This document shows, one piece after another, positions 16,085 through 17,169 of a DNA stretch of 17,169 bases; position 1 is the first letter of the stretch; each line of letters starts with the position of its first letter. The DNA comes from Candidatus Undinarchaeales archaeon (GTDB lineage Archaea > SpSt-1190 > JASMDC01), in NCBI GenBank assembly GCA_030753015.1, contig JASMDC010000060.1:1-17169 (forward strand), read 5' to 3'. Both the position numbers and the translations under genes were made by a program. The notes beneath the pieces are model-generated. The model did not search any database. It was not told the origin of the DNA and saw only the letters and a program-made list of their open reading frames with translations.

Positions 16085-16111
16085 TATTTAAGCATTGCTT
16101 TGGAGCGCTCC
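16085..16111 (-). promoter_or_regulatory. Putative TATA box (TTAAATA, 16091-16085) overlapped and flanked by two palindromes
   Basis: The minus strand reads AAAGCAATGCTTAAATAG about 46 nt upstream of ATG 16039. The palindromes are AAGCA-T-TGCTT (16090-16100) and GGAGCGCTCC (16102-16111). Confidence 0.65.
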
Positions 16112-16117
16112 GAGGGA

Positions 16118-17041
16118 CTATATCTCGTGCTTCAGCCACTTGAAGATGCGGTCGAGCAACTTGACGTCGGCTGATGAGTTCCTTTCGAACATGACGGCAT
16201 CCCCGATGAACACGACACGGCCGTTGCCGTTCTCGGCCTTTCCCATAACCGCGCAGGTACCGCTATACTCGTCCTCGTCCCATGTGCCCGAACCGTCGGC
16301 GTCGGAGAAGCTCTTTTCGCTCGAGAATAGGAGGACCTGACCGTACCAGTCGGTGAGACGGAGCGAGCAGCTGCGGTCCACCTGGAAGGCTTCCAGCCCT
16401 TCGGTGATGGCATGGGGCAGGGCGTACATGTGCGGAGCGTACGTAGCGCTGCCCGATTCATCGTAGCTCGAGACAATATCGCTGTTGAAGCTGGCCCCGA
16501 ACCTCTTGGCAAGGCCGTTGAGGTTCGAGTTGTCCTCACCACCGTCCCCAACGAGAAGGAGGCCCATGCCGCTCTCGACGTTGAACGCGATCGACTTGAC
16601 CTCGTTGGGGGAGAGCGGCTCCTGCGGTTTGACCACCATGAGGACCTTTCCCGAGAACGATGAGGGATCCTTCACCGTGGGAAATGGCATGTTCCCGATA
16701 CGCCGGCTCTTGGCCAGGAGCGCGGTCACTCCCTGGGGACGCGGAGGTGGCGGCCCCTGCGGTGTGGCCTTCTTCGGTGGTGGTGCTCTCGCACTCTTCG
16801 GTGGTGGTGCTCTCTCACTCTTCGGTGGCGGTGCTCTCTGCGAGGTCTTCAACTCGTGGGCCTGCTTCTGTGGCGGCTTCTTGGCCGGAGCGGGAGGTGC
16901 AGCTGGGGGGGGATCAAGCCCGAGCGGCAATCCTCTGCTGAAACGCAGGGCGAGGTTGGACAGGAGCGCCAGAAGACCTCCCAATAGGAACCCTCCCACG
17001 GCGAAACCGAAGGGGAATATAGCGACAGCCGACAATCCCAT
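16118..17041 (-). CDS. Membrane-anchored GIFT (GldG/IFT52)/DUF4350-like protein with a class I glutamine amidotransferase-like fold. The likely start is ATG 17041, although the ORF is open to 17167.
   Basis: It has an N-terminal hydrophobic helix, AVAIFPFGFAVGGFLLGGLLALL, and a Pro/Lys linker. The C-terminal motifs VLMVVKPQEPLSPNEV...VESGMGLLLVGD...NLNGLAKRFG..FNSDIV...HAITEGL...GNGRVVFIGDAVMF...LLDRIFKWL resemble my recollection of the GIFT/DUF4350 pattern. Confidence 0.82.
   Translation of the reverse strand: MGLSAVAIFPFGFAVGGFLLGGLLALLSNLALRFSRGLPLGLDPPPAAPPAPAKKPPQKQAHELKTSQRAPPPKSERAPPPKSARAPPPKKATPQGPPPPRPQGVTALLAKSRRIGNMPFPTVKDPSSFSGKVLMVVKPQEPLSPNEVKSIAFNVESGMGLLLVGDGGEDNSNLNGLAKRFGASFNSDIVSSYDESGSATYAPHMYALPHAITEGLEAFQVDRSCSLRLTDWYGQVLLFSSEKSFSDADGSGTWDEDEYSGTCAVMGKAENGNGRVVFIGDAVMFERNSSADVKLLDRIFKWLKHEI
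16771..16840 (-). repeat. 24-bp in-frame tandem repeat, about 3 copies, encoding (xRAPPPKS)n
   Basis: The + strand units are TCTTCGGTGGTGGTGCTCTCGCAC, TCTTCGGTGGTGGTGCTCTCTCAC and TCTTCGGTGGCGGTGCTCTCTG, contiguous with no spacers. Confidence 0.92.
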
Positions 17042-17169
17042 GCTGCCGCTCGCATCGTCGAAGCCGATGAGCGGACCGATGATCGTTCCTATCTGCTTTG
17101 TTGCATAACCTCGACGTTTGCCCCCTCTCCCTACCCCATCACTACGCTCCCGCCCCTGCCCGGGCATAG

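Noticed and set aside
941-16120. Five of six complete genes end in TAG, suggesting possible amber recoding (pyrrolysine) or readthrough
   Set aside because: Readthrough would not fuse adjacent ORFs: it hits another stop within a few codons (950, 14500, 16089) or is out of frame with the next gene. The TAGs fall at natural protein ends just before promoter-like islands.
16771-16840. 24-bp repeats as a CRISPR array
   Set aside because: The units are contiguous with no unique spacers and are in frame within a CDS. There are no cas genes in the window.

Overview
This is a GC-rich, gene-dense window that looks archaeal. Short AT-rich TATA-box-like islands (TTTATA, TTAAATA) sit about 30-50 nt upstream of starts, and there are GGTGA/AGGTG ribosome-binding motifs and many N-x-S/T sequons. 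It encodes almost only cell-envelope or secreted proteins. On the + strand are the tail of an upstream gene, a single-pass membrane protein, a ~1350 aa type I membrane protein (two kinds of Cys-rich repeat, three Ig-like domains, a helical stalk, a TM helix and a Q/G/Y tail), a 3114 aa giant secreted protein (Cys-rich ends, a ~800 aa Cys-free helical core, CARDB-like domains) and a small acidic protein. On the - strand are a lipoprotein built from seven 50-aa FG-GAP blades with an exact 150-nt period and a membrane-anchored GIFT (GldG/IFT52)/DUF4350-like protein with an EF-hand-type loop. I saw no RNA genes, mobile elements or CRISPR arrays. The best candidate for a novel system is a disulfide-rich, Ca2+-dependent surface attachment or cell-contact apparatus, possibly of a DPANN-type archaeon. 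Both the lineage and the function are inference, and all domain calls are by-eye motif recognition rather than database searches.
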